Shown piece by piece: positions 13,091-27,430 of a DNA stretch of 64,000 nt. Positions within the stretch are counted from its first letter, which is position 1; the number at the start of each line of letters is the position of its first letter. The position numbers and the translations under genes are program-made. Source of the DNA: Octopus vulgaris (Eukaryota); NCBI GenBank assembly GCA_951406725.2, contig OX597825.1, forward strand, positions 11,656,001 through 11,720,000, read 5' to 3'. Below the pieces are notes generated by a model that had not been told where the DNA came from, did no database searches, and saw nothing but the letters and a program-made list of their open reading frames with translations.

Positions 13091-13693
13091 TTATTGTGGT
13101 CTACATAATACTATATAGTAGGTTCAATAGATCACTAAAGATTCATTACCAAAGGACTCTTCTTGTAATACTTGATGCCTGTTGACATCATTATGCGTAA
13201 CTTTCAAAAGCAATGATATATTTATTTCACTTATTGGGCCTTCTCTACGGTTGTTCCCATGTCCTACATATATCAACCAAACATCTCTCAAACCTTGCCT
13301 TGAACATGACTTAAGAGCGATTTGGCTACCTTAAACATGTTTAGGACATATTGATATTGTTTCGATAAGGAATGAGATGGTCGGAGATGGAACGGCCTGT
13401 GATAAATGTCTTCGATATTTATTACCTAGAGTTACGTAATAATATGGAGAGGTGTAGCGGAGAGAGAGTGAATGAAACGGAATGGATGAATTAAGATTGG
13501 CAAGAGAATAAAGTGGACTGCTTTTCTGTTGGACTGAAAAACGATATAATTAATCCAGGCTATTAGTAGTTATTGTAGTAAAACCAGTGAGACGAAAGGA
13601 TGCAGAACGAATAAGAGAGCTGGGGAATGATAAAAAGATGTTAGAAAGAAAAGGAGAGGAAGAGGAGAAGAGAAACAGAGAGAGTCAAGAAGG

Positions 13694-13732
<39 letters not shown>

Positions 13733-14250
13733 AAGACGAAGATCTATACAAAGACAGAAAGCATGAGAAAGAAGGTAACCTTTATCAATATCGTAGTTAA
13801 TTATAAAGCTTTCTGTGAATGAATAACTGCAAGAATGAGATGAAATATTTCATGAGAAACTTATAGACACTATATATTTTTTTTTCATCTGCAACCACAT
13901 AAATAATGAGTTACTGGTAAATTAACAGCGTGTTCCTCCAATGCCATACTATATTACACATGTATCTATAGATATTTATTCTACAGTATAAAACACTGTA
14001 AGCAATAAGTAGACATACGATTATTTTCGCGGAGGGAAAAACAAGGATCAACCGAGAATAGTTTCGATCGTACTTGAGTTTCATTAGCGATAAAGCGCCC
14101 TCTGTAGTGGTCCATTGAGACGTCTTCAAAGGTTCTATTATTAACAATTTATGTGAACTCGATAAACACATTCGTAGAAATAACCAATTCTTGCCGCTAA
14201 ATAAAAAAACAGCAGAATATACACACATTGTGTATATATGTATATATATA

Positions 14251-14331
<81 letters not shown>

Positions 14332-14401
14332 AGATAGATAGATATAGGTATATATATATCGAGAAAGACAGGGGCAGATACACACATATGTATTGGGAAA
14401 C

Positions 14402-14453
<52 letters not shown>

Positions 14454-15431
14454 GTATATAAAGGGAGAGAGGAGGAGGGGAGGGCAGGTACACAAATATA
14501 TGTATTGGCGAAACAGTTACAGAAATACGATTCAAAGTATATATATATATTGGGATGAAATAAAAATAGAAAATATTTTTGCGAAGCATATATAGAGACA
14601 GAAAATATTTATGTTCATAAGGATGAATGAATGAAAAACTCGGCTTTGTACGGAAACGAGGAAACGGGAAAATATATGATAAAAACTACAGAGAATAGGA
14701 AATAATTACGAGATAATTAGAAATTAAGAATGTTGAACAAATATTAGAACAGTGTAACATCAATGTCTACCTCGAAATGACTTCTGACAATGTCAAGAGA
14801 AAGATTAATTAATCATTACGCAGCATTCATCGAACTTATTTGATATTCGCTCAACCAAATCCCCAGTCATAACTACAAAAAAAAAAATTATGAAACAAAC
14901 GCTTTTTGAAGAGACAGAGAAATGTTATACCTGAGTTACCAGTAAATTTACAGAAGTGGGCTATTTGTATATCGTAACAATGTCGACCTTACCATAATTA
15001 CGTTGAAAGTTGGTAATATAAATAATATCTCAAGGTTATTCAATTAAATGTATTGTAGTTTAAGATGTACTGAACTAATCAATTAACATATATGACCGAG
15101 GGAATTTTGGGCTCGGATCGTTTAGAGTCAAAGATGTTCGTATCTTCCAATCAAGAAGTATATGAGGTAAGATCTGCTTTGCCCTACATGTCCTGCCTTA
15201 CATTAGAGACGATGTAAAAGGTTCCCCGCAGGTAATAAATTGATAAACAAACTCGGGGATATAGTACAGTCTTACTAGCGGTTGTATCTAGAGTTTCAGG
15301 AGTAGTGTAAACGCTGCCCTTCTCTCCTTTATTTTCAGAAATGGAGCAGGCCTTCTCATTTGGTTCACTTGTCTTCAAAGCAGGGGGCTGTATAGTTCCC
15401 CTTTATAAGCTAATCCAGGGAAGTTAACCTT

Positions 15432-15767
15432 GGATCGTGGTTTCGATTCCCAGACTGGGCGTCTTGAGTGTTTATTGAGCGAAAACATCTAACGATATAC
15501 GAGGCTCCGGTAGGGGATGGTGGCGGACCCTGCTGTACTCTTTCACCACAACTTTCTCCCACTCTTTCTTCCTTTTTCAGTTGTATCTGTATTTCAAAAA
15601 GGCCAGCCTTGTTACACTCTGTATCACGCTGAATCTTCCCGAGAAATACGTTAATGGCACACGTGTCTGTGGAGTACTCAGCCACTTGTACATTAATTTC
15701 ACGAGCAAGCTGTTCCGTTGATTGGATCAACTGGAGCACTCGTCGTCGCAACCGACGGAGTGTCACG
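15432..15767 (+). mobile_element. SINE family C copy, 5'-truncated
   Basis: Starts at GGATCGTGGTTTCGATTCCCAGAC and matches 12712-13040 in the opposite orientation. Confidence 0.82.
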
Positions 15768-16808
15768 TCGTGATAACTACGTAAGTTAAATTTCATGGAA
15801 AAAAATATTAATATATAAAAATTAATGTCTAAAACTTTTATTCGACATTAAAATTAAGGATATTTTCTTCAGGTCAGTAACTCACAGGATTATGTTATCA
15901 AACAAATACAACGTCAATAAGATCATCTCTAGGAACTGACTTTGGTGCATGAGTAAATATAATAAGGTAAATGAAAAATTAAATGACTAAATGGGGAATA
16001 AAAGAAAGAAATAAATACATCAGTGACTAAACAGTTCCAATTTGGAGAGTAGCATTGCTATAATTCTTTTATATTATCATTGATCGCACATTATTGAACC
16101 ATTTGATCAGGCACAACTCTATGGGCGGTACGGTTAATGACAATTAAGTAAATGAATAATTAAAATAATATATTACTTTAAAACCAGGGATAATTTTCCA
16201 CAGATGATGACACTGAACAAATAATTATTTTATGTTAATAATATTAAACGAATAAAGCATAACTTCAAGCAGAATTACCACTACGCAGTTAGATAACGGT
16301 TGAGTCATACCACTGCGTAAAACTTCATAAAATTGAAGCTACTGAAAAATAGATTAAATAAAGTAAATCAGAATGTATAATTAAATCAGAAATAATTTTC
16401 CTCGGTTAATGATATTGAATTTTAAAAAAAAAACAAAACAGTGTAACGAACGGCAAATAAATTGTGATATAAATTCAATTTTTAAGGTTTTTAAAAAGTA
16501 TACTACCTTCGGTTAAACGGAAGAAATATTGGGAATTTAAATTTAATTGCAACGTTTAAAACAGAACTTGTGTTAGGAAGTTAAGTAGTGGTATATATAC
16601 ATTTAATTATAATGATATGGAGAAATATCATGTATATTAGTTGATAATACGATGCTGACAAAAAACGATAGCTATACTAATATTGACAAATAAAGCTCTA
16701 AAACTTAATCAGCTGTTAATTAAGAGAAATAGATGGAGAAAATATGGGAATTTGCATTTGAAATTTTAAGTATTAAACAATGAATACAATAAAAAATTTA
16801 ATTCTTAG

Positions 16809-16845
<37 letters not shown>

Positions 16846-16946
16846 TAAAAATGGTAAGATAACAAAAGAAAGAAAGAGACCTCAATATTATGTAAATAGA
16901 AGAATTTGTCTGTAAATGTAATTTGTGACAATTATTCGGTAGCCAA

Positions 16947-17007
16947 GATAAAACTCTGAGTTTCGGATGCCGAGTTGGAAATCCATACCACCATCTCTTC
17001 AGTTATC
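16947..17007 (-). ncRNA. Type I hammerhead ribozyme motif, probably in a Penelope-type repeat (about 16843-17200)
   Basis: Minus strand: GATAA CTGAAGA GATG...CATC C GAAA CTC A GAG TT TTATC. This gives stem I GAUAA/UUAUC, core CUGAAGA and GAAA, near-palindromic stem III ACUC/GAGU and a GUU cleavage triplet. Confidence 0.65.
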
Positions 17008-17361
17008 CGGCCATCGGAAAAACACTATGAAAAAAGACCGTTATACAAAGGGAAATTACTGTGATATTGACCGCTATTTAGACAAAAGCGCTATTCGAAT
17101 GACCGCTAATTAAGGTAAGTTGGTAAAAAGTTCATAGTATACGCGTAAGCGTGCCTGTTCATACGTATACATGTGCGCTCGCACACCTACGTGCGTACGC
17201 ATACATCACTAGAAAAACGTACACATCTTCACTCGCATCTTTCGCCAAATGTATGTGCATATACATACAACCCCACCACACCCATAACACTGTTTTTTCT
17301 TGTGTTTGTGCGTATGTAGACGTATGTATTAACTTTTACAGTGCGCGTGTGTGTCTGTGTG

Positions 17362-17558
17362 TCGTTAGCACACCAGGTAAAATGCTTAACGGCATTTCGT
17401 CCGTCTTTACGTTTTGAGTTCAAATTACGCTGATGATGACTTAATCTCTCATACGCTTTCGGGGTTGATAAAATAAGTACCAGTTAAGCACTGGAGTTGA
17501 TTTAATCAACTTACACATTCCCCTGAAATTGCTGGCCTTGTGCCAAAGTTTGAAACCA
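17362..17558 (+). mobile_element. SINE family A copy (diverged)
   Basis: CGTTAGCACACCAGGTAAAATGCTTAACGGCATTTCGTCC...GAGTTCAAATT...GATAAAATAAGTACCAG. Confidence 0.75.
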
Positions 17559-19550
17559 ATATTTCTATGTAATATATTGGAAACTATATCTCATCAGACG
17601 TTGAACTCACGTAAAGGTAAATAACTAAATCTAGTATTTGGAACGCCGTACTACGAATTACATAGAAACTGCGAAAGAAAGTTAATGAAAAACGACGATG
17701 ATTTTCAGTGCAATGGACGCTATTATAACATACACACAGACATAGACACATACACACACAGACACATTTCGTCACACACATATACAAATGGATATGTGTG
17801 TGAATACATAATCTGCCTTTCCACGTACACAGGTACCATTTAACTTTCTACTGTATTGGCTCTGTTGAAGTAACTATTTATTTCGTATCCGAACTATGAA
17901 ATAGATGAGAGAGAGAGAGAGAGAGAGAGTGAAAGTGAGGGCGGCAGAATGAAAGGGAAAGCGATAGAAAGATAGATCAAATGGAGCCAAGAGAGAAGGT
18001 ATAATGAACATGAAGGTTGCGGTTGGGATGAAGTTTGGTGTGAATGTTATGGAAAAATCAATTCTTTAAGAAAGAATGCCTTGAGCAAATTTGTTGAAGT
18101 CTATTAGAAGTTATACGAGGAATAATTTCAGGGTTTCTCTTTAATACCATTGGGTTTCTAAATAAGCGCTGAATTGAATTTGAGACCAATTCTGTGCGAA
18201 ATCACACCAAAGTTTGAAGCAATCGCCAATATCTGTGTAGGAAGAAAGAAGAAAAAAATTAAGATGACATAAATATATCAATCAGACTTGGAAATCTGAT
18301 TCAGCCGTTGAATGGCGACAGCAGAGAAGGGGTGGTTGGTGGACAGAGACACTAAGACGGTGGGATTGAGCGGATGCTATTTATAACTATTGCCAGTCAG
18401 CTTAAATGTCTGCTAAAGTTTTCGCAACTAATAATTGAAACCCACGTGTCCTATCAACTGATACTACGAAAATAAATAAACTAATATCACTGAAGGAATA
18501 CGAAAAAGTGACGAAATATAATTCCAGCGGAGTAACATACCAAAAAGTAATATCCTAATTGCAAGAATTTGGCAATCGATCTAAACAAGTATATTGATAA
18601 AACGTGTCGTAAGACATTGGTGAACCGAACTGACTCAGGTGTTGATTTGGTCAATAACTACTTTGTTTTTAATCGTATCATGTTCATAGAAGTTACTGTT
18701 GTCTCTTGTCTGAGATTCCCACTTTAGACATTCTGGGCATCATCATGAATCAGCAATCAATACTGTAAAAATCAGTTCCCAGTTTCAAAACTTCTAATAT
18801 CATATTAATAGATGCACGCTTCGAATACCGTTTCTGACTTTTTACTTGCAGAAAATATAAAGACAATACCTAGAGTTCAATGAAGGAAAATCAAATATTG
18901 AAGACGACACATAATAAATAAAACCGGCCTACATTCATATGAAGACACGTACACAGAGACACATATAATTATTTATATAGATATGAAAAGGTCAACCGTA
19001 ATTTACTTACTAGTCTATGTTTCCATCTATTTGACATCATCAGTGAAACGTTTCCAATACGAAGTACATGGTTGCCTTCATTAACATTTGTTAGTATTTA
19101 TATATTTTAGACGACATTCTTTACTGGCAGTGATCAATTCTTGCCTATGCATGTAATCAAAACTATTTGATGCTATGTTGAACATGGGAAGCAATCACCC
19201 AATATAAACGATAGCAAAGTTACAGAGCAAGTATATGAATTCTGCCACACATTGTTCGTGGCGGAATAACTCGTTAGACACACAACATTTTCACCTTTAA
19301 TTCCACGTTTGTATTTGGCGATATTTCGTCTCATAACGAACGATACGTTGCAGACATACACTGGCACTAAAATAAGTTGATGAATATATATATAAAAAAA
19401 AAATTAGTTGGAATTTTCATTTGGAATTTCTCGATTTGGATGACTAACGACAGTGTCTCTCTCTCTCTGTATTGTTATTTGTGTAAATAGATATGTGCAC
19501 GCATATGTTAGTACATACCTGCGCAAGTATGCATGTAAATGCACACCGAC

Positions 19551-19588
<38 letters not shown>

Positions 19589-20332
19589 GTAAACTAAAAG
19601 TATTAACAACTCTAAAGTGAAAGTTAGGGAGATTATATTGCAAAATATTAATCATGTTTATTGATATTGCTCAACAATGTTTGGAATAAAGTGGCACTTG
19701 AGATTTCAATGAATTTGTGTTATTGATTTCTAAGAGTATATTGGATTCTTTGTAGAAGCCTGGAATTTTAATAAAGGTATCTGATCTAAACTTTTGGATT
19801 AAACTCTCAGAGCAATAAAGCTGACAAGCTTCACGGACTTGACTAATCTTGGAGTAAATTTATTTCTTCAAACGTAGTTTGAATTCATTTAGATAGTCTC
19901 GTAATAACTGGAATCGGCAATACCTGTTTTCTATTCTCTCCGAAGATTAATGGAAATCACAACAGCTGACGGTTAAGATATCGTTCTCTTGGAATCGGAA
20001 TCCTTTCATTTTAGTCTCTTTTTGTGGGAAAGGCATTGAAGTTTCCCAGTATAAAACTATATTGCTGACATTAGTATTGTTGCGTTGGTACCTGAATGTC
20101 TTCTTTCATGCTATGGAAGATTATAAGGGTAGAATTTGATATTGGTACTAATATAAATTATGCAATCTTAAGATTAAAACTATGCTAGCCACCACAAATT
20201 GTGCGTTCATCTTCAGTAGGAAATATTTTTATATAGAAATAACAAAGAGTGGCATCGCGAAGCATTTTTGGCCGTCTTGCCATTTCTGAAATCATTATGG
20301 TTCATATTATTGCTTTTTTTTATTTTATTTAT

Positions 20333-20638
20333 GCGCCCTTTTCAAGCCTAGCTAGGCTCATGGGCCCGGTTTCCCGGTTTCTGTGGCGTATGTGTTCCCC
20401 CCCCCCAGCTGGACGGGACGCCAGTCCATCGCAGCGTTACTCAAGAAACAGGAAGAACGAGTGAGAGAAAGTTGGGACGAAAGAGTACAACAGGGGTCAC
20501 CACCACCTCTTGTCGGAGCATCGTGGAGCTTTAGGTGTTTTCCCCAAATAAACACACAGAACGCCCGGTCTGGGAATCGAAACCGCGATCCTCCGACTGT
20601 GAGTCCGCTGCCCTAACCAGTGGGCCATTGCGCCTCTA
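20333..20638 (-). mobile_element. SINE family C copy with probable 12-bp target-site duplication
   Basis: Matches 9393-9701. TATGGTTCATAT occurs at about 20296 and 20640. Confidence 0.88.
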
Positions 20639-21464
20639 CTATGGTTCATATATAATACAGGTATGTTTTAGGACTAAGTGTTACCAGAGAAATGTATCCT
20701 GATGATGATTGTGCAGGTAAATATGTACGTGAATTTTTGCTTGCAAGAATGAATTTCATTCGTGCTGAAAATAACAATACCTTATAAAGAAAACTCACGT
20801 GTGCAGGTGGGATGCAAGTATGACTCCGCGTGCGATTTGGAGGAGGTTTAGCTGGTATTACAGTAATTTTATGTATTTCGTTGGCGATTGGTTAAATGCA
20901 GGTCAGGAACGAATGGTTGGAGCGAATTTGATTTATTCTATCAGAAACAACCAGGAATAAAACGAAAATAGCACTAACAATAACTATTAATTATTATGTC
21001 CTGATAATGTGGCTATACTAGGCAAATTTTCTGTATCATGATCTTGAATCAAGGAATTATATAAAAAACTACCGGCACAATTACATTTATACCGCAAAAG
21101 GAATAATAATCAATTTCAAAATATTGATACATTTTCTAAAACATTCCCCCGAAAATATTCAGGGGACAGTTCTAACGCTTGGTCTAGATAACGTTGTAAA
21201 TCATAAACAACTTGTTTTCAGAAAAACCTTTCGTAATGTGGTCGAAAACAAATCTTTAACTAAATATATCGAAATGAAGAAAAATAATAATTGAATCGTG
21301 GGATATTACCTTTCTGTCAAAATATTGTCTCTCCTTCTTTCCACACTCTGTATACACACGCATACACACACATTCAGCAATCCCTCCTTTCTACCCTTAT
21401 TCCTGGGCGGGATGTGGTGGTAGAGTCCTCAGAGACCTCCTTCATAGGGCCTTACCAGAAGCAA

Positions 21465-21635
21465 TTATGTGCTGTGCCCATGACTGAACTCGCACTGTTC
21501 TTGACTTATCTTGACCATGGCAATTTCCCTACATCTCTTTTCCAGACACCTCGCGTAGGCTTTTACGTGGAACCTCAACAAGGGCATTAGACTGTAATAA
21601 GGATACTCTGCCTTATCTCCCTTGTTAAGAATAGA
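21465..21635 (-). mobile_element. LINE (RTE-like) reverse transcriptase N-terminal fragment
   Basis: NKGDKAEYPYYSLMPLLRFHVKAYARCLEKR...ISQEQCEFSHGHST matches the RT consensus KKGD....NYR.ISLL....K.Y.R.L..R......EEQ.GFR.GRST. Confidence 0.7.
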
Positions 21636-21647
21636 GATTATACTCAA

Positions 21648-22012
21648 CTAGCAGTATCGCCCGGCGTTTGTAAGGGAAATAACTATAAAGCATTTTTAGA
21701 GAGTTATAGCCAAAAATAGTAAAAAATGCATTAAAAATGGAAAAAAAATTATGGTAGACATTATCGTAGACATTTTTAGAGAGTTACTTCCCTTATATTA
21801 AAAAAATATGCATTAAAATGGAAAAGAATGATGATAAATTATTTTTAAAATCGTAGACTCATCGTAGACGCGCGCTAACACCCAGAAGGGCTCGATATGA
21901 ATCACGACTATAAGATACCCGGTTTTGGTTAAACTGCATCGCAAAATGTGGGAGTAGTTAGGAATCTAAATCGGAGTAGACAGACACACAACCTTTCTTT
22001 TATATATAAAGA
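21648..22012 (-). mobile_element. Non-autonomous Helitron
   Basis: Minus strand starts TC(TTTATATATAAAA) and ends CGCCGGGCGATACTG-CTAG. It sits between A and T with no TSD. Confidence 0.7.
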
Positions 22013-22637
22013 TATGCTGTACAAAGAGATGATGCCCCATAAATATCATACAATTTTGGATGAATTATTAGCCTCTCAAATTGGGGTCGATGATGATGAA
22101 GTGTAAGATATAACAGTGTCCTACTTCATCTTTGCAGTAACTCTTATTCCACCGCGATCAACATTCTCAAAATACTCAAAAAGATTTTGTGATAAGAACG
22201 AAACATAAATGATATTACGGTTCCCTAACACATTTCTCTAGAAATGTTTTCTACATATTGAACTGAATATATTTAGAAATTATGATTTTTTTATGCATAC
22301 TAGTCTCGCTGGCTATTTCCTTGTGTGAGAATGCGTTACCATTTTATATCATAAAATTTTATATCATAAGAATTTATTATATCATAAAAATTTAATTTCG
22401 TGTTATATGATTTCCTGTTATTAAAGACCTCCGAAAAATATTACATCTGTAACGCAGTAATTTCTGTATACATCTATATTACGAAAAATTCAGTTGGCCA
22501 TAACTGTGACTGAAGGTGCTGTGTAGCAAATTTATTGCTAGAAATATGTTTTAAAACACTTAGAGCCATAAGAAAACGCATTTTCGTAGACTGACAGGGG
22601 AGATAACTATCACATTAGAATTCTGCTAAATTTATAT

Positions 22638-22700
<63 letters not shown>

Positions 22701-22950
22701 CTATATATATATATACAGAGAGTTTGGATTTAGCGAAGAATTTAATTTTTCAGGCGAAATTAATCTAGTGATCTAGCTTCGTTACCACCCCTGTCTGTAT
22801 ATGAAGAAGTGCTTTCTTGCGGCTCTAAGGGTTTTGACTATTAATTCTAGCAACATAGGTGCTATCCAGCACCATCAGTGACAATTAGTGACAACTGACA
22901 ATTTCACTTTTGGATTTATGTTTAGAATAGCTGTCTTCGTTATATATATA

Positions 22951-23245
22951 TCACCGTGACCGACCAGGCCATCAGATGTTGTTACACATCGCTGGTCACA
23001 ATGCGCTTCACATTGTTTTACCCTTCAAATGACGCCACCCCGCTGGCTAAGTGAGCAGGCCAACAGAAGAAAGAGTGAGAGAAACTCGAGGCGAAAGAGT
23101 ACAGCAGGGATCGCCCCCCCCCTGCCGGAGCCTCGTGGAGCTTTAGGTGTTTTCGCTCAATAAACACTCACAAAGCCCGGTCTCGAAACCGCGATCCTAC
23201 GACCGCGAGTCCGCTGCCCTAACCACTAGGCCATTGCGCCTCCAC
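22951..23245 (-). mobile_element. SINE family C copy
   Basis: Same head as 13090, with tail GATGGCCTGGTCGGTCACGGTGAT. Confidence 0.85.
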
Positions 23246-23264
23246 ACACACACACACACATATA

Positions 23265-23340
<76 letters not shown>

Positions 23341-23436
23341 TTTATATATATGTATGTATGTGTGTGTGTGTGTGTATAAGAAAAATCTATAGAAAACATA
23401 TATGGGAAAATTTCTTTGCATAGATCTATAATTCTT

Positions 23437-23478
<42 letters not shown>

Positions 23479-23479
<1 letters not shown>

Positions 23480-23657
23480 GGTGTCGCGAAAGGCCTAGCT
23501 GGAGGCACAATTTTTCGACATCTTTTACAGGACTCAGAAAAACTAAAGGACCGCTGCCATAACTTTCTGAATCTGAATATATTGAATAAAATCATAATTA
23601 ACTGATTCTCTTGTATATTCTAGTATCGAAAACCAGGAACCTTTAGCACCACCTTGT
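23479..23657 (+). mobile_element. Partial mariner-type MITE
   Basis: Matches 50550-50745 (AGAAAAACT.AAGGACCGCTGC...CCAGGAAC). Confidence 0.65.
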
Positions 23658-24000
<343 letters not shown>

Positions 24001-24275
24001 ACCCATGCATATAAATATGTGTATATTTGTGTATGTACGTTCTAATGTCGGAATCCCAAAATGTACTTTTTAATGAAATCAATAAACATCACCGCCATTA
24101 AATATAAAAATATTTTCGAAATTTTTTTCCTCATATTTAGATTTATTATTAAAAGCAATTACAGTGAATGCAACATATAAATCGTTCTTGCTCTGGGTAA
24201 TGGATAATAACCTCGCTCGGTTTCTAAATTGAAGTGTAACGGTGTACTCTAAATACACACACACACACATAAACG

Positions 24276-24309
<34 letters not shown>

Positions 24310-24404
24310 TACACACACACATACACACAGAGATACGAATACATACAAGCACAAAAATAGACCGACACATGACCGAAACACGTTTGTGTAGTTGGGTGTT
24401 TAAG

Positions 24405-24464
<60 letters not shown>

Positions 24465-24741
24465 GTATATATACAACCCTCCTACACTCGCACACTTGCA
24501 CATATGTGTATGTGAGTCTGTACATTTGCACATGGAGGTCTACGTATGTGGGTATATATATGTGTGCAAATCATCCGGTGTCTATATCTGAGTGCCTTAG
24601 TGTGTATATATGTATAGATACTGTTTCATCTACGTTTCTATGTCTTCAATTAGTTTTTACTTACAAATGTATATATGTATGTACTCGTAGATACACACAC
24701 AAGCTAATATACTCATATGAAAGCACAGGTATGCATACAAC

Positions 24742-24790
<49 letters not shown>

Positions 24791-24868
24791 AGAATCATAT
24801 ATATACCCGCACGTCTATATATGCATATACGTATATACATATACATATACATATACATACATATATAC

Positions 24869-24943
<75 letters not shown>

Positions 24944-26392
24944 TGTTTGTGGTTCTGTAGATATGGAAGCACACACAAACACGCACTCACACACACACAC
25001 ACATACACATACACACGCATATATATATCATAACACCTAATATTGTTCCTACTAAACGTCAAATAGAAATTTATAGGAAAATATTATTGATGTTTTTACT
25101 TGAATACATAATCTGCCTTTAGATGACTGCTAGGTTAAAATACGCGCTAAATATCATAAGATCTACAGACTTCAAACTAAGCTTTAATCTATTGTCTTTT
25201 TGTTCAAAAGTAATTTTATTTCGTTCAGGCGCTAAATTCAGGTTTGGCATCTTATATCTCCTTCATTCTTTCAAATGTTTATTTATTGCTCTTATCCATT
25301 AGAACTAGTTTTGATATATCTCTTTTTATCTGGTCTAAAACATAAAAAATCGGCATCACTAAAACCTTACATGGCCTTTTCAAACTGTCAAGCTGGCATT
25401 TACTGTAATAAAAATGTCAGATAAGAAAGGAATGCGAAATTATGTTGTAAGTTATGAACAGAAATGGGGATAACGTAAATCCATTGTGATAAATTCCATC
25501 TTAAGAAGATAAAAAAACGATGCAGAGTTTACTTTTCCCTTATTGTATCTATAATACATCATTATCATTTTCGATTAGATAAAGAAATATAGATATATCT
25601 AAATTTCTCCCAAGTCCTTCACGAAAAACCCCAGGTTCTTATATTTACTCTAAATAACAAAGCATTTGTGTTTTTATTTACATATATTTTGAGAAAATAT
25701 GCATTGTCCCGTATTTACTGAAGTAAATGCAATTGTAGATGTTGTGGAGTTATTAAGAACTATAGCTTTTGTATCTCCATATGCATAAAGTTACGTTTTT
25801 ATACAATAAAATCTAGAAATTCAGTCCTCAAAGAAAATTATGCTTTGATATTTCTAATTCCAGTTACAAGTTGTAGAAATTTCAATAGCATTTATACTTC
25901 GCAAACTTTTGTTAGCTCATTGGCAAATGTCTTAAACTTATCGAGTTATCTGATAAATATTCTAGGATTGGAGCAGATCTAAGAATACATCTTTACGTCT
26001 GATTTGCTCATTTATCTTTAAATTAAAAGTATAATTATTCATTTGGAAGTTATAATTTACATAGTTAAAGGCATAAAGTACCTGGTCGTAATTTTTTAAT
26101 TTCAAGAAATTACACACCTCATATATAAATCCTTTACTGCTCTGAGAAATCCTGCAGGTTTAATGGCAGATTCATACACCAATGAACCAGAACGCGTGTT
26201 GAAATTTTTGCTACTTTCTGTTTTTCTCCTTTTGACTTATACTCGTTTACTTTCCGTTGTTTTAGAAAACTATATAAGGACTTCATTAGGGTCGTATTCT
26301 GTCTAGTATTTGTTCAAAATCTACATTCAGAGGATAATGCGAGAGCAATACAGAAAGAACACGGCATCAAAATACATGCCTTGTATATTTCT

Positions 26393-26623
26393 TATTTCTT
26401 TACTGCCCATAAGGGGCTACACACAGAGGGCACAAACAAGGACAGACAAACGGATTAAGTCGATTATATCGACCCCAGTGCGTAACTGGTACTTGTTTAA
26501 TCGACCCCGAAAGGATGAAAGGCAAAGTCGACCTCGGCGAAATTTGAACCCAGTACGTAGCGGCAGACGAAATACTGCTAAGCTTTTGGCCCGGCGTGCT
26601 AACATTTCTGCCAGCTCGCCGCC
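26393..26623 (-). mobile_element. SINE family A copy
   Basis: Reverse-complement match to 231-500. Confidence 0.88.
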
Positions 26624-26819
26624 GCAGAATTAGATTAGAAATATGCCTTGCATATTTCTAATCTACGATATGCAGACGATACTGCACTACTTCCCAAGAC
26701 TGAAGTCCGACTACAAGAAATAATAAATAGAGTCGAGTACGTATCAAATATATATGATCCTTATCTCAATCATACGAGAACAAAGTCACATTCGTAGGAA
26801 AAGAGAAAGAAAATGTTAG

Positions 26820-27430
26820 CATAAAGATGGACATTTACAGGCTCAAACAGTTCGAATTGAGCTTATAACTTGGGGTCTATTTCTCTGATGACGCCACATG
26901 TAAGAAAGAAATTACGACAGGGATAGTCATGGAGAGAACGTTCATGGAAAAGCTTACTAACTTCTGGTTTAGCAAAAGTGTCCCAACGCAGTTCAATTAA
27001 AAACAAAGTTATTACGAGCAATCATTTGGCCAATAGACATTCATGGTTGCGAAGCATGGACTGTAACAAGTTTTTGGAAGACATAATCCATGCGTTCCAA
27101 ATGTTGATGAATAGGACAATGTTACGAATCTATGACAAGGACAATCAGACAAATGGATGGGCGTTACAATAAGCAGCTGGAAGTTGACAACTCCTGAACA
27201 TTGTGAAAAAAGCGAAAGCCCATCGATTATGGCCATAGTCGAAGAAGTAGAAGTCTCGAAGACATTATAATCGAAGGAAGAGTAACGCAGAGGGTTGTAT
27301 ATCAAGGGGCAGATAGGGAACGCAATAGATGAGACGATATCCAGAGTTGGTTGGACAAGAATGATTAGATAACTGGAGACCTCGCGCTTAATCGAGAAAT
27401 CTTACGCTGTTGAATTATCAATGCGTTGCA
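26820..27430 (+). mobile_element. Decayed RTE-clade LINE C-terminal region
   Basis: Frameshifted peptides KLLRAIIWPIDIHGCEAWT, HAFQMLMNRTMLRI, YGHSRR and IIIEGRV match RTE motifs YGCEAWT, RRMLRI, YFGH and IIEG. Confidence 0.7.

Noticed and set aside
14045-14136. Minus-strand TTGAAGA...CGATCGAAACT hammerhead-like arrangement
   Set aside because: C3 is missing and stems I-III do not pair convincingly. At best a heavily decayed remnant.
18851-18990. Strong acceptor CTGACTTTTTACTTGCAG
   Set aside because: Stops in all three frames downstream and no good donor. Cannot be told apart from chance.
20565-20638. tRNA-like sequence on the minus strand (also at 9701, 13090, 23245, 31318, 36866, 57406)
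   Set aside because: These are SINE heads: always fused to the same body, diverged, and without a clean acceptor stem or terminator.
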